Source of the DNA: an uncultured Clostridia bacterium
GTDB taxonomy: Bacteria > Bacillota > Clostridia > Christensenellales > UBA1242
DNA: 64,000 nucleotides
Reading direction: 5' to 3'
Assembly (NCBI GenBank): GCA_944362705.1
Contig: CALVTO010000001.1
Coordinates: forward strand, 17,416-81,415
In this document: in pieces, positions 9,772-19,265 of the stretch
Position numbering within the stretch: the stretch's first letter is position 1
How the letters are laid out: the number at the start of each line of letters is the position of its first letter
Notes under the pieces: model-generated
Databases searched by the model: none
Told to the model about the DNA's origin: nothing
The model's input: only the letters and a program-made list of their open reading frames with translations
Position numbers and translations under genes: made by a program

Positions 9772-12195
9772 ATGTCTAAAAAAAGTTTACTTACATTACT
9801 TTCAATTACATGCGTTTTGGCCGTTTCTTTTATTATCTATACGATTTGTGCTGCCTTTGTCGGTGTAGATAAAAGCGAAACATTTAACCAATACGTTGTT
9901 CTTAGAGTAGGTGATGTTTGTGTTTATACAAATGCATCTTATTCTAAACCTACCAATGAAGAAAATTCTATTATTAAGGTTAATGAAAACGGTGAACTCG
10001 TTGCAAATCTTCCAGGTGAAGTTGTAGCTACCACAACCAAAGGTAACGATACATACAACTACCACATTACGGTTGTTGCAAAAGGTGCGGGAACTGTTGA
10101 AGATCCACGCGTTCTTGTATCGGAAGAACATTTAAAAGAAATGGCTACCGATGAAGATAATAACATTGTATACGCTTTATATAATGATATTGAAGTAAAT
10201 GGCGTATGGGAACCAATTCAAAACTTTAACGGAACACTTACAAGTGTGGGTGACGAAGTTTACACAATTTCCGGGGTACGTATTTACGTAGATGCTGCAA
10301 AAGCAGAATCCATGAAAAATGAATCCCGTGTAAATGTTGGTTTCTTTGGTACACTTTCTACAGGTGCTGTCGTTAAAAATGTAAATTTTGAAAATGTTAC
10401 AATTGAAGTTGCAACTGATATAGAAGCAAATACAACCACAAACATTTTAAGTGTTGGTGCTTTAGCAGGGTATGCAAATGGTGCCAATATTGAAAACGTG
10501 TCTATTTCATCGAACATAGCGGCACATGCCACTCCAAGAAATGGCGCAGCTGCTTTAAACGATAATTTAGCCGGTGTAGGTGGCTTTGTAGGTGCTGTAA
10601 ATGGTTGCACGTTTACAAATGTTCAAGCAGATGTAACGTTCAATATTGTAAAAGGTGGTGCACTTAACACAAGTTCTTCTTCAGATACAGCTTATGTTGT
10701 TTATGGCGGTATCTTTGGTATTTCTCAAATGTCAGCAGAAAGTGAAGTTATTGGTGCAACAACCACTATCCGTGTAAATAATGCAGATGCAAAAGCATAC
10801 GCTGTAAGCGGTATTGCTGGTGTAGCAGAAGTAAATACAAGCATTAAAGATTGTGTGGTTACAAACATACAACTTGTTGTGTCTGATAAAGATGTTTCTT
10901 CGGAATTTGCTCGTGATATCTCTGGTGTTGTTGGCGTTTCTAAAAATGCAAACATTAGTAACTGTCACGTAGAAAATGTTAACGTACAAGGTATTGTTAA
11001 TTTTTCAGGTATCATGCAATCCAATGCTGGCTCTAGCGTAGAAAACTGCTCTTTTGCTGGTACGGTAACAGGTGCTTGGTATGCGTTTGGTTACATTGGG
11101 TACAATGGCGGTACTGTTACAATTACAGATGCATTTGCAAAACCATACATGGTAAATGCAACTTTATCTGCATACAACGCAGTGGCTGGTTTAAGTTATC
11201 AAGTAGGGTATACCGATACTACCGGAGACCATGCTGGTGTATATACTTCAACCGCTACAACACATGCAGTTGTAAATGCTAACTTAACTATGTTGCGCCC
11301 TAATTACGCAACAACATATGCAAGATATCTTCGTTTATTCGATTTATCTTCCGCAGGTTTGTCTGTAAATGTTGTTGCAGGTTCAACCATTTCTAATATC
11401 GACGTACAAGGTACAATTACATCAACTTGTTCTGTAGGCGGTGCCGTTGCTGTATTAAATAATGGTACACTTGAACATGTAAATGTAAATATCCATATGA
11501 TAACCGGTAGAGATACCTACATTGTAGGTGGTGCCGTTGCTCGTTTGTTAGATAAAGGTACACTTAACGATGTTCAAGTAAACGCTTCTTTAAACGAAGG
11601 CAAAACAGAAACCGATATTGTTGCAGGTACCTATGTTGGAGGTTTAATTGGTAACATTGGTTTAACTTCAGCAAATGAATCTAATGAAATCAATGCCATC
11701 GTTAAAGATTGTGCAGTTGCTATGAATATGTATGTTAACACTTCTGTCGTTCTTGCAAAAGTAGAAACTGAAGGCGAAGAAGTTTATAAACAATATATTG
11801 GCGGTATTGTAGGCGCTATTGTTGGCTTAAATGCAGAAGTTACAGAAGGAGTTGAAGGTGCAGCTAACATTACATATTCAGAAACTCGTGTTAACTTAAC
11901 TTCTGATTTGGTTTTTGAAAATGTTTCTTATACCGGAACTATTAAAACCGATCTTAACAAAACTGTAAGAAAAGAAGATGCGGAAACTACCGTAGAAACC
12001 AACGCTTATGTATGTGTTGGTAAAATGATTGCTTTCACAGGTATTCAATCAGGTACACTTAACATAGCAGGCGCTTCTGTAGAAGCAAACATCGTGGTTA
12101 CATATAGTGAAAACATTCAAGCAATTACTGCAGATACCATTGCAGATAAACGCAATGATGAAAGCGTAGTTATTGTAGAAAAAAATGTTGCGTAG
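9772..12195 (+). CDS. Large cell-surface protein with GLUG-like / beta-helix repeats
   Basis: AAGGAG RBS sits 9 nt before the ATG at 9772, followed by a signal anchor. Repeats of the form (V/I)GG(F/L/I/A)(V/I)G recur: VGGFVGAVNG, VGGLIGNIG, IGGIVGAIVG, VGGAVAVLNNG. Confidence 0.7.
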   Translation: MSKKSLLTLLSITCVLAVSFIIYTICAAFVGVDKSETFNQYVVLRVGDVCVYTNASYSKPTNEENSIIKVNENGELVANLPGEVVATTTKGNDTYNYHITVVAKGAGTVEDPRVLVSEEHLKEMATDEDNNIVYALYNDIEVNGVWEPIQNFNGTLTSVGDEVYTISGVRIYVDAAKAESMKNESRVNVGFFGTLSTGAVVKNVNFENVTIEVATDIEANTTTNILSVGALAGYANGANIENVSISSNIAAHATPRNGAAALNDNLAGVGGFVGAVNGCTFTNVQADVTFNIVKGGALNTSSSSDTAYVVYGGIFGISQMSAESEVIGATTTIRVNNADAKAYAVSGIAGVAEVNTSIKDCVVTNIQLVVSDKDVSSEFARDISGVVGVSKNANISNCHVENVNVQGIVNFSGIMQSNAGSSVENCSFAGTVTGAWYAFGYIGYNGGTVTITDAFAKPYMVNATLSAYNAVAGLSYQVGYTDTTGDHAGVYTSTATTHAVVNANLTMLRPNYATTYARYLRLFDLSSAGLSVNVVAGSTISNIDVQGTITSTCSVGGAVAVLNNGTLEHVNVNIHMITGRDTYIVGGAVARLLDKGTLNDVQVNASLNEGKTETDIVAGTYVGGLIGNIGLTSANESNEINAIVKDCAVAMNMYVNTSVVLAKVETEGEEVYKQYIGGIVGAIVGLNAEVTEGVEGAANITYSETRVNLTSDLVFENVSYTGTIKTDLNKTVRKEDAETTVETNAYVCVGKMIAFTGIQSGTLNIAGASVEANIVVTYSENIQAITADTIADKRNDESVVIVEKNVA

Positions 12196-12226
12196 TTGTA
12201 AAACTATAAACGATTTCTTTTCAAAT

Positions 12227-12256
12227 AAAAAGAGGTGCGTGTGGCGCCTCTTTTTG
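12227..12256 (+). terminator. Rho-independent terminator
   Basis: Stem AGAGGTGC/GCGCCTCT (one G-U pair) followed by T5. Confidence 0.7.
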
Positions 12257-12257
12257 T

Positions 12258-12286
12258 TTGACACTTTTACCAAAAAATTTTACAAT
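12258..12286 (+). promoter_or_regulatory. Sigma-A promoter (TTGACA, 17 nt spacer, TACAAT)
   Basis: The hexamers were read directly. Confidence 0.55.
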
Positions 12287-12374
12287 ACAAATAAGAAATC
12301 TTGCAGTGGGAACAGGGTTCCCAAAGCAATTTCATAAAACATGTTTTTTTGAGTAAACTAAAAAAGAGTAGTGT

Positions 12375-13577
12375 ATGAATAAAAAAATAAAAATAATTAT
12401 TATTGTGGGTGTTTTGTTTATTGTATTGTCTGTGGGGGCAGTACTTGCTTTGGCGCTGTTTTCAAAAACAGATGAAAACATTATTTCTAACTTAAAAATT
12501 TCTTATGTTTACGCCGAGGGCGAAAAACAATCTACCGATTCTGCTGTATATAGAGAGGTATATCTTACTACCCAAGCGGAAAATAAAGTAAAAATCAATA
12601 TTTCTTCTAATGTAAGTAATCCGCGTTTGGTTTTCCAAACTTCTAACGAAAAAGTTGCGTATATTCAAGAAGAATCTGGTAATTATTACATATATTATGT
12701 AGGTGCAGGCACCGCCAAGTTAACCGCGTATAGTGTCTCTAATACAGAAATTTACGATTATTGTACCATAACGGTCAAAGAAAATTTTGCAACAGATATT
12801 TCTTTAACCACGCAAGAAAGTTATTTTGTTGCTTATTGTGACGATAATTACAATGCATATTCACTTTATTATCAATTACAGGGCGAAAATGTCAATCTAG
12901 ACCTTGTAGGTTATGAAATGAATGACCCAAGTGGTTTAATTGAAAAAGTGGAATGGAATGCTAAAGAACAAAAGTTCGATTTTATTTGTAATACAAATAG
13001 TGAAGAAGGGTTTGTTCCAGTAACTGTTTATACCTATGTTGAGCAAAATGGGCAACAGCAAAGAACAGCACAAGAAACCATTTTGGTACAAATTGTAAAA
13101 AATAAAGTGGAATACATTCGTGCGGAATTATACACCGATAACGACTTTTCAGAAGAAAGTAAAGTATATTACGATGGCAGAACGCAAACTCCAACCATTT
13201 ATTTAGGTGCAGCGGAGTCAAAGTTTCCATCGTTTATATATATTCGTTTGCAAAAAGTGTATACCAATGGAGCGTATGAATATATACCATACAATACAAA
13301 AAACTATATATTCGTTACATTAGATAATTCTGAAGCTTCCAGTACCAACTTAACTTACAAAGTAGAAGGCGTAGCCGACTTAGTCATTCAGCTTACAAAA
13401 TTTGAAGGAACAGAAGAACAATATCAGCAATTATATAGCAACGAAACTTCTGAGCCGGCAAAATATAATTTTGTATATTGGGATACCCGTTTCCGTTCCC
13501 CATACGAAGTTGCCGATGTAGAAGGCAACATTATATCTTACAAACAGCCAGAACAAGAAGAACCAGAATCATGGTAA
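12375..13577 (+). CDS. Membrane-anchored surface protein with an Ig-like (Big_2-like) domain
   Basis: N-terminal TM segment. The segment KVAYIQEESGNYYIYYVGAGTAKLTAYS resembles Big_2. Confidence 0.55.
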   Translation: MNKKIKIIIIVGVLFIVLSVGAVLALALFSKTDENIISNLKISYVYAEGEKQSTDSAVYREVYLTTQAENKVKINISSNVSNPRLVFQTSNEKVAYIQEESGNYYIYYVGAGTAKLTAYSVSNTEIYDYCTITVKENFATDISLTTQESYFVAYCDDNYNAYSLYYQLQGENVNLDLVGYEMNDPSGLIEKVEWNAKEQKFDFICNTNSEEGFVPVTVYTYVEQNGQQQRTAQETILVQIVKNKVEYIRAELYTDNDFSEESKVYYDGRTQTPTIYLGAAESKFPSFIYIRLQKVYTNGAYEYIPYNTKNYIFVTLDNSEASSTNLTYKVEGVADLVIQLTKFEGTEEQYQQLYSNETSEPAKYNFVYWDTRFRSPYEVADVEGNIISYKQPEQEEPESW

Positions 13578-13586
13578 GGAATATAT

Positions 13587-13859
13587 ATGCTCACGCGAAT
13601 TGATCTTATAAAATACGGAAAGTTGAAAGAAATAGATTTACACGGTCTTTCTTATGAAGATGCGCGTGCAGTGTTATTGCACGAAATATATAGCGTCGAT
13701 GTCGATATAGATGGGCTCATTGTTGTCCATGGGTACCATAAGGGGCAGGTATTAAGAAATTTTATTTTACACACTTTTGAACATCCAAGAGTATATAAAA
13801 AAATAAAAATAGATGCGGGAAATACTTTATTACTTATTAAAAAGGAAATGTGGTTTTGA
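13587..13859 (+). CDS. Small Smr-domain protein
   Basis: IDLHGLSYEDARAVLL...LIVVHGYHKGQVLRNFI matches the Smr pattern LDLHG...IIHGkG. Confidence 0.6.
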   Translation: MLTRIDLIKYGKLKEIDLHGLSYEDARAVLLHEIYSVDVDIDGLIVVHGYHKGQVLRNFILHTFEHPRVYKKIKIDAGNTLLLIKKEMWF

Positions 13860-15022
13860 AGCGTAACTTCACAAAAAAGCAAATTGGGGGAATGGTAATA
13901 AGAACACTTGTTTTATGTGTTCTTATTGCTTTTTTATGTGTAGGTTATTATCATAAATTTTCATGGAAGCATTATTCAACGATTGGCAATCTTAATTATT
14001 TAGGTGTGGGTGCCACCGAAGCTAAGCAACTCGATGCTCATGTTGGAGATTTACTCATTTTTTCAAAAATTGAAGATGTCTCTACATTGCAACCAGGGGA
14101 CAAAATATATTTTAATTACAATAACTATATTTGTGCGGGCTTAGTTGCTACGGCAACCACAAAGCAAACAGATTCTGTTCTTGTAAAAATGATTTATACC
14201 GATGTTACATTAAACATTTCTGAAACACACATTGTGGGCAAGGCTGCGCAATGTATTCCGGTTTTAGGTGCTTTTACGGCTTTTATAAACAGCTACTTTG
14301 GTATCATCTTTTTTTCCATTTGTATTCTTGCTTATGTCGGTTATTTGTACGCGCGACGGGCGAAATACTCTTTTTCTACGGAAGAAAGGCAACTATTGCA
14401 AGAAGAAGCAAATTTACGCAAAAAAACGCGTATGCAACATGCGTTGCGTGCCAAAGTGCAAAGTGTAACTTTTACCGATATAGAAGTCGATGCTTTGTTA
14501 GGTAAAACGTACAAAGAAAACATACAGGCTTTACAAAATTTTGCTATTGATGAAAGCAACGTTATGCAAATGTCGCAAAAGTATACGCTTTTATTGCAAG
14601 CCTTGCATGAAAAACTTTTGCCTAAAGTTCAATTAACACAAATGGAAGTTGGTTATGTGTGTCGTATGATAGAAATGTTAGAACTTTTAGACTCGCTCGA
14701 TGAGAACATTCGGTACCGACTTGTCGACTTAATTTTAAAATGCGATGCATTACCGCTTAAGCCAACAACGTTTACGCGCTCGGCGATTCAATTTTTAAAT
14801 AAGTCTTTAACCAAAGAAGATGTATATAATTTTACACTTGTGTTTTTTGCTATTATTACAAAACCTCAGGCTATGAAATTAGAGAACATACAAAAAATAA
14901 TGATTCATTATCAAAAACAAGCCATTAACTTAAACATGTTAGAAGATAAAACTTTCTTAAAAATATCAAGTAGCATACAAAACGTAGTAAATAAATTGAT
15001 AAAAAATGAATCAATATCGTAA
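13850..15022 (+). CDS. Membrane protein with a degenerate S26B (SipW-like) signal-peptidase fold plus a helical C-terminal domain
   Basis: The layout is TM, then GDLLIFSKIEDVSTLQPGDKIYF ... ETHIVGK, then a second TM, as in SipW. No SxSM catalytic serine motif is visible. The start is ambiguous (GTG 13850 or TTG 13856). Confidence 0.4.
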   Translation: MVLKRNFTKKQIGGMVIRTLVLCVLIAFLCVGYYHKFSWKHYSTIGNLNYLGVGATEAKQLDAHVGDLLIFSKIEDVSTLQPGDKIYFNYNNYICAGLVATATTKQTDSVLVKMIYTDVTLNISETHIVGKAAQCIPVLGAFTAFINSYFGIIFFSICILAYVGYLYARRAKYSFSTEERQLLQEEANLRKKTRMQHALRAKVQSVTFTDIEVDALLGKTYKENIQALQNFAIDESNVMQMSQKYTLLLQALHEKLLPKVQLTQMEVGYVCRMIEMLELLDSLDENIRYRLVDLILKCDALPLKPTTFTRSAIQFLNKSLTKEDVYNFTLVFFAIITKPQAMKLENIQKIMIHYQKQAINLNMLEDKTFLKISSSIQNVVNKLIKNESIS

Positions 15023-15116
15023 AAATTATAGAAAAATACAATAAAATATGAAAAAAGTATTCCTTTTTTAAAATTTATGTAGTATACTTATAGCAAGGAA
15101 AAAGGAGATGTTGCAT

Positions 15117-15380
15117 ATGGATATGAATAAAAAATCTTTAATTATCAGTGCTGTTGTTGTGCTTGTTTGTGTATTTGCAAGTTTGGCGTGTGCCATTATT
15201 CGTAAGTTTGATTTAGTATCTATGGTAATGTTTGCAGTTATTTTAGTATTTGCTATTGTTATTAGCGTTTTACTATGGAAAATTGCTGTAAAAAAGAAAA
15301 ATGAAGAACCTGCAGAAGATCAAGCAGAAGAAATGCAAGAACAACCACAGTCAACAGAAGACAATTCTGTCGAAGAATAA
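15117..15380 (+). CDS. Small two-TM membrane protein with an acidic tail
   Basis: AAGGAG RBS sits 9 nt before the ATG at 15117. Two hydrophobic helices are followed by an E/Q-rich C-terminus. Confidence 0.5.
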   Translation: MDMNKKSLIISAVVVLVCVFASLACAIIRKFDLVSMVMFAVILVFAIVISVLLWKIAVKKKNEEPAEDQAEEMQEQPQSTEDNSVEE

Positions 15381-15395
15381 CATCAATTATGCAAT

Positions 15396-15427
15396 AAAAA
15401 GGGGTGACGCGGGTCGCTCTTTTTTTA
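15396..15427 (+). terminator. Rho-independent terminator (stem includes G-U pairs)
   Basis: GGGGTGAC-gcgg-GTCGCTCT followed by T7. Confidence 0.55.
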
Positions 15428-15483
15428 TGATAAATAGAAATAATTGAATAGACAAAATAAAAAATACATGGCATACTATACGT

Positions 15484-16218
15484 GTGGAAAAGAAAGAGGT
15501 TTTAGCAAAAGAAATTATAGGGGAAAACGATCGTTCCTTACTTTTACCTTTAACTTTTCATCAGGTACAAAGCTCAGTAGATGAACTAAAAAAACAACAA
15601 CTTTTTAAGCAAGAAACTCTTCGAAAATTACATGAAAAACAAAAATTTCATATTCGTCATTTAATCATTTACTTATTGCTTACTTTAGTTATGTTGTGTG
15701 TTGTACCTATGCTTATTTTCGTTAGCATGTTGCTCATATCTCCTGAAAAGCAACCAAACTTTTTTGGATACAGGTTTTTTATTGTGTCTTCCGAAAGTAT
15801 GTTGCCGGAACTTCCAGTGGGGCAGTGTATTGTAGTTAAAAACGTAAGTTCTCCAAGCGATTTACATGTGGGTGACGATATTACGTTTGTAAAACCTTCA
15901 GACGGAACCATTGTAACGCACCGTATTTTGAAAATAGATATGGGTGAAGATAATTATTCTGTAATTACTTACACAACATATGGTATAAACAATATTGATT
16001 CAAATGGTCAAATTGTTGCCGATGCCGAAGCAATAGAGTTTTCAGATATTATAGGTAAGCGTGCTCCGCAGTTAGAATGGTTTGGTTCTTTAATTTCGTT
16101 TAGTAGAACAGTGTATGGATTTTCTATTTTAATTGCAGTGGTTGTGTTGACTATTGTGGGGGTAATTGTAAACCATTATTATTCTAATGGGTTAGTAACA
16201 GGCAGAAGTCGTAAATGA
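15484..16218 (+). CDS. sipW: Signal peptidase I, SipW/archaeal type (S26B)
   Basis: SSESMLPEL (SxSM), GQCIVVKNVSSPSDLHVGDDITF, IVTHRIL (catalytic His) and a C-terminal TM segment. Confidence 0.75.
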   Translation: MEKKEVLAKEIIGENDRSLLLPLTFHQVQSSVDELKKQQLFKQETLRKLHEKQKFHIRHLIIYLLLTLVMLCVVPMLIFVSMLLISPEKQPNFFGYRFFIVSSESMLPELPVGQCIVVKNVSSPSDLHVGDDITFVKPSDGTIVTHRILKIDMGEDNYSVITYTTYGINNIDSNGQIVADAEAIEFSDIIGKRAPQLEWFGSLISFSRTVYGFSILIAVVVLTIVGVIVNHYYSNGLVTGRSRK

Positions 16219-16231
16219 CTTCTGTTTTTTT
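16203..16231 (+). terminator. Rho-independent terminator overlapping the stop codon
   Basis: Stem CAGAAGTC/GACTTCTG followed by T7. Confidence 0.75.
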
Positions 16232-16287
16232 GTTTTTGTTTTTATTTTTTCGTGTTTATTTTTGTTTTGGTTGCGCATACTTATAAC

Positions 16288-16878
16288 ATGAATATGAAAA
16301 AAAGTAAAACAGCAGGCGCTGTAACCGTGGCGATTTTAGTTATTGCTACGTTTGCGGTGGTGGGAATTTGTGTGTCAACATTTTTATTACCACAAAAACG
16401 CATTCAAATTAAAAATGTATATATTACAACGGTAGAGGGTATTGATGTTTTATCGGAAACGGGAGAAGTTATAGATACATTTTCTTTACAAGTTCCGGCT
16501 TTGGGTTTAAAACCTAGTGATGCACATGCGGATGCCAATACACACATTCCGTATGGGGTTACCGATGCGCATGGCAGTGATGGTGCGTACACTACTTTTT
16601 CTATTCGTGCCGAAAAAGCTTATGTTTTACGTTTGGCAAGTGTGCATTTAAGTTGTGGTACAGAATATGCTTCGCATGTTTGTATTGCTATTAAAGGGGA
16701 AGATGAGGGCGTGAAAACGCTTGCAGATAAAAATTCCATTCTTGCTTCTGGCGACCCAACCACGCATGAAGAAGCGCAAAAGTATAGTTTACTTATATGG
16801 TTAAGTCCAGATGCGCCTGAAAGCATGGCTGGCGCTGAAATATCGTTTACTTTACGTGCAGAAGAATTAACTAGTTAG
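16288..16878 (+). CDS. Secreted or anchored hypothetical protein, possibly a SipW substrate
   Basis: N-terminus MNMKKSKTAGAVTVAILVIATFAVVG. It lies immediately downstream of the SipW-type peptidase. No clear RBS. Confidence 0.45.
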   Translation: MNMKKSKTAGAVTVAILVIATFAVVGICVSTFLLPQKRIQIKNVYITTVEGIDVLSETGEVIDTFSLQVPALGLKPSDAHADANTHIPYGVTDAHGSDGAYTTFSIRAEKAYVLRLASVHLSCGTEYASHVCIAIKGEDEGVKTLADKNSILASGDPTTHEEAQKYSLLIWLSPDAPESMAGAEISFTLRAEELTS

Positions 16879-16899
16879 CACCTATGGGTGCTTTTTTTA
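16877..16899 (+). terminator. Rho-independent terminator
   Basis: Stem AGCACC/GGTGCT followed by T7. Confidence 0.7.
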
Positions 16900-16943
16900 T
16901 GCAGAAATTTGCGTTTTTTATATAAATTGTTTACAATAGGTGT

Positions 16944-17888
16944 ATGGCGAATTATTTTATAAAACATGTAAAGCTTTCTTCTCCTTTTCTTTTAGCGCCC
17001 ATGGCGGGAATTACGGATGTGGCTTTTAGAAGCATAGCGCGTGAATTGGGAGCTGGTTTAACTTATACAGAAATGGTCAGTGCTAAGGCGCTTGTTTTTG
17101 GTAGCGAAAAAACCAAACAATTATTAGAAACGGCAAGTAATGAGGTTCCGTGTGCCGTACAAATATTTGGGCATGAGCCTGAAATTATGGCGAAGGCTTG
17201 CCAATTACCAGAATTGCAAAAGTTTGATATTATCGATATTAACATGGGGTGTCCTGCTCCTAAAATTGTGCAGAACGGAGAAGGTAGTGCGCTTATGAAA
17301 CAAATAGATTTGGCTGAAAAAATTATCAAGGCGTGCGTGCAGGCAACGAATAAACCAATTACTGTAAAATTTCGCGCGGGTTGGAGCGAGGAAACTTGCA
17401 GCGCTGTAGAGTTTGCAAAAATGTGCGAGCGTGCGGGGGCGTCGGCTATTACCGTACATGGAAGAACGCGTGAACAATTTTATAGCGGAAAAAGTAATCC
17501 GGAAATCATTAAAGCATGTGTGCAAGCAGTGCATATTCCTGTATTTGCAAACGGCGATGTTTTTACAGCGCAAGATGCGTATTTGTTGCAAGAAAAAACA
17601 GGAGCATATGGGGTTATGATTGCGCGTGGCGCTATAGGTAACCCAGAAATATTTAGTGAGGTAACGCATAACGTATGTCCTTACACAAAATTGCAGTTAA
17701 TTGAAAAGCATTATTCTTTTTTGTTACATCGTTTGCCAGAACGTGTTGTGGTTCCAGCCATGCGCGTGCACTTAGCTTCCTATTTAAAAGGGTATGATGG
17801 TTCAAGTAAATTAAGGGCAGCGCTTATGCAAGAGACTTCTTGGCAAAATATTCACGATGCACTTGTTGCTTTTTTTAAAGACAAATAA
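16944..17888 (+). CDS. dusB: tRNA-dihydrouridine synthase
   Basis: LAPMAGITDVAFR, DINMGCPA and VHGRTREQ. Confidence 0.9.
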   Translation: MANYFIKHVKLSSPFLLAPMAGITDVAFRSIARELGAGLTYTEMVSAKALVFGSEKTKQLLETASNEVPCAVQIFGHEPEIMAKACQLPELQKFDIIDINMGCPAPKIVQNGEGSALMKQIDLAEKIIKACVQATNKPITVKFRAGWSEETCSAVEFAKMCERAGASAITVHGRTREQFYSGKSNPEIIKACVQAVHIPVFANGDVFTAQDAYLLQEKTGAYGVMIARGAIGNPEIFSEVTHNVCPYTKLQLIEKHYSFLLHRLPERVVVPAMRVHLASYLKGYDGSSKLRAALMQETSWQNIHDALVAFFKDK

Positions 17889-17983
17889 GATACGTATACA
17901 ACCTTTTTTTGTTTCATATAGTGAAGTATATAAGGGTTTGTTTGCGAAAAAATGTCGAAAAAGCATAAAAGGCTTTGGTTAAG

Positions 17984-18012
17984 TTGACACAAAATTTCAA
18001 ATTTTATATTAT
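17984..18012 (+). promoter_or_regulatory. Sigma-A promoter (TTGACA, 17 nt spacer, TATTAT) upstream of pgk
   Basis: The hexamers were read directly. Confidence 0.5.
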
Positions 18013-18039
18013 GTAAAAAAGAATGTTGTAGGTGATTAT

Positions 18040-19224
18040 ATGAAAAAAACCTTTAAAGATATAAGCGTTACTGGTAAACGCGTTTTATTAAGAGTCGATT
18101 TTAATGTGCCCTTAGATGAACAAGGCAAAATTATTAACGATGCACGTATTCGTGCAGAATTGCCAACCATTAGTTATTTGTTGCGTCAAAATGCAAAAAT
18201 TATTATAGTTTCGCATTTGGGCAGGCCTAATGGCATGTTTAATCCAAAATATAGTTTAGCACCTGTGGCAAAACGATTAAGTGAAATTCTTAGCCATGAC
18301 GTAAAATTGGCTACCGATGTTGTAGGAGATAGTGCACAAGCTTTAACAAGCAATATGCAAGACGGAGATATTGTTATGTTAGAAAATGTGCGTTTTCATA
18401 AAGAAGAAGAGGAAAACGACGAGGCTTTTTGTAAAAAACTAGCTTCGCTTGCAGATGTTTTTGTAAACGATGCCTTTGGTTCGGCGCACAGGGCGCATGC
18501 CTCAACCGCGGGGGTTGCAAGATATCTTCCAGCCGTTGCAGGGTTTTTAATGAGTAAAGAAATTACGGCTATGCAAAAAGTATTGCAGGCGCCAGAACAG
18601 CCGTTTGTTGTTATTTTAGGTGGTGCCAAAGTTTCGGATAAAATTGGTGTTGTGGTGCACTTATTAGATAAAGCAAATGTTGTTTTAATTGGCGGAGCCA
18701 TGGCAAACACTTTTATTGTTGCTAAAGGTGGTAATGTTGGACTAAGCCGTTACGAGCAAGAAAAAGTGGAAGTTGCGAAAAAAATCTTAGAAAAGGCTGA
18801 ACAGAAAAACGTAAAAGTTGTATTACCAATAGATGAAGTTGTTGCTACAGAATTTTCGCCAACGGCAAAAAGTAAGGTTGTAGATGCTTATAATGTGCCA
18901 GCGAATTATCAGGGTATGGATATAGGACCTAAAACGCGCAAGGCATTTAAAAAAGAAATCAAACGTGCAAAAACGATTGTTTGGAACGGCCCTATGGGTG
19001 TTTATGAATTTCCTAAGTTCCGTAAAGGTACACGTAAAATTGCAAAATATGTAGCTAACAGTTCTGCCGTTTCCATTGTTGGTGGCGGTGATAGTGTGGC
19101 TGCTATTGTGGAATCGGGGTATAGTCACAAAATACATCACATTTCTACGGGCGGCGGAGCAACGCTGGAATTTTTAGAAGGGAAAAGTCTTCCTGGGGTA
19201 GAAATGTTGGAAGATAAAGAATAA
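18040..19224 (+). CDS. pgk: Phosphoglycerate kinase
   Basis: RVDFNVP, SHLGRP, FGSAHRAHAST and STGGGA. Confidence 0.95.
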   Translation: MKKTFKDISVTGKRVLLRVDFNVPLDEQGKIINDARIRAELPTISYLLRQNAKIIIVSHLGRPNGMFNPKYSLAPVAKRLSEILSHDVKLATDVVGDSAQALTSNMQDGDIVMLENVRFHKEEEENDEAFCKKLASLADVFVNDAFGSAHRAHASTAGVARYLPAVAGFLMSKEITAMQKVLQAPEQPFVVILGGAKVSDKIGVVVHLLDKANVVLIGGAMANTFIVAKGGNVGLSRYEQEKVEVAKKILEKAEQKNVKVVLPIDEVVATEFSPTAKSKVVDAYNVPANYQGMDIGPKTRKAFKKEIKRAKTIVWNGPMGVYEFPKFRKGTRKIAKYVANSSAVSIVGGGDSVAAIVESGYSHKIHHISTGGGATLEFLEGKSLPGVEMLEDKE

Positions 19225-19265
19225 TAGGTGGCTATCATAGCCATCTTTTTTATAGGAGAAAAAAT

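Noticed and set aside
19225-19265. A hairpin between pgk and tpiA as a terminator.
   Set aside because: TGGCTAT-c-ATAGCCA would leave a 1-nt loop, so the effective stem is short and weak. The glycolytic genes are most likely co-transcribed.
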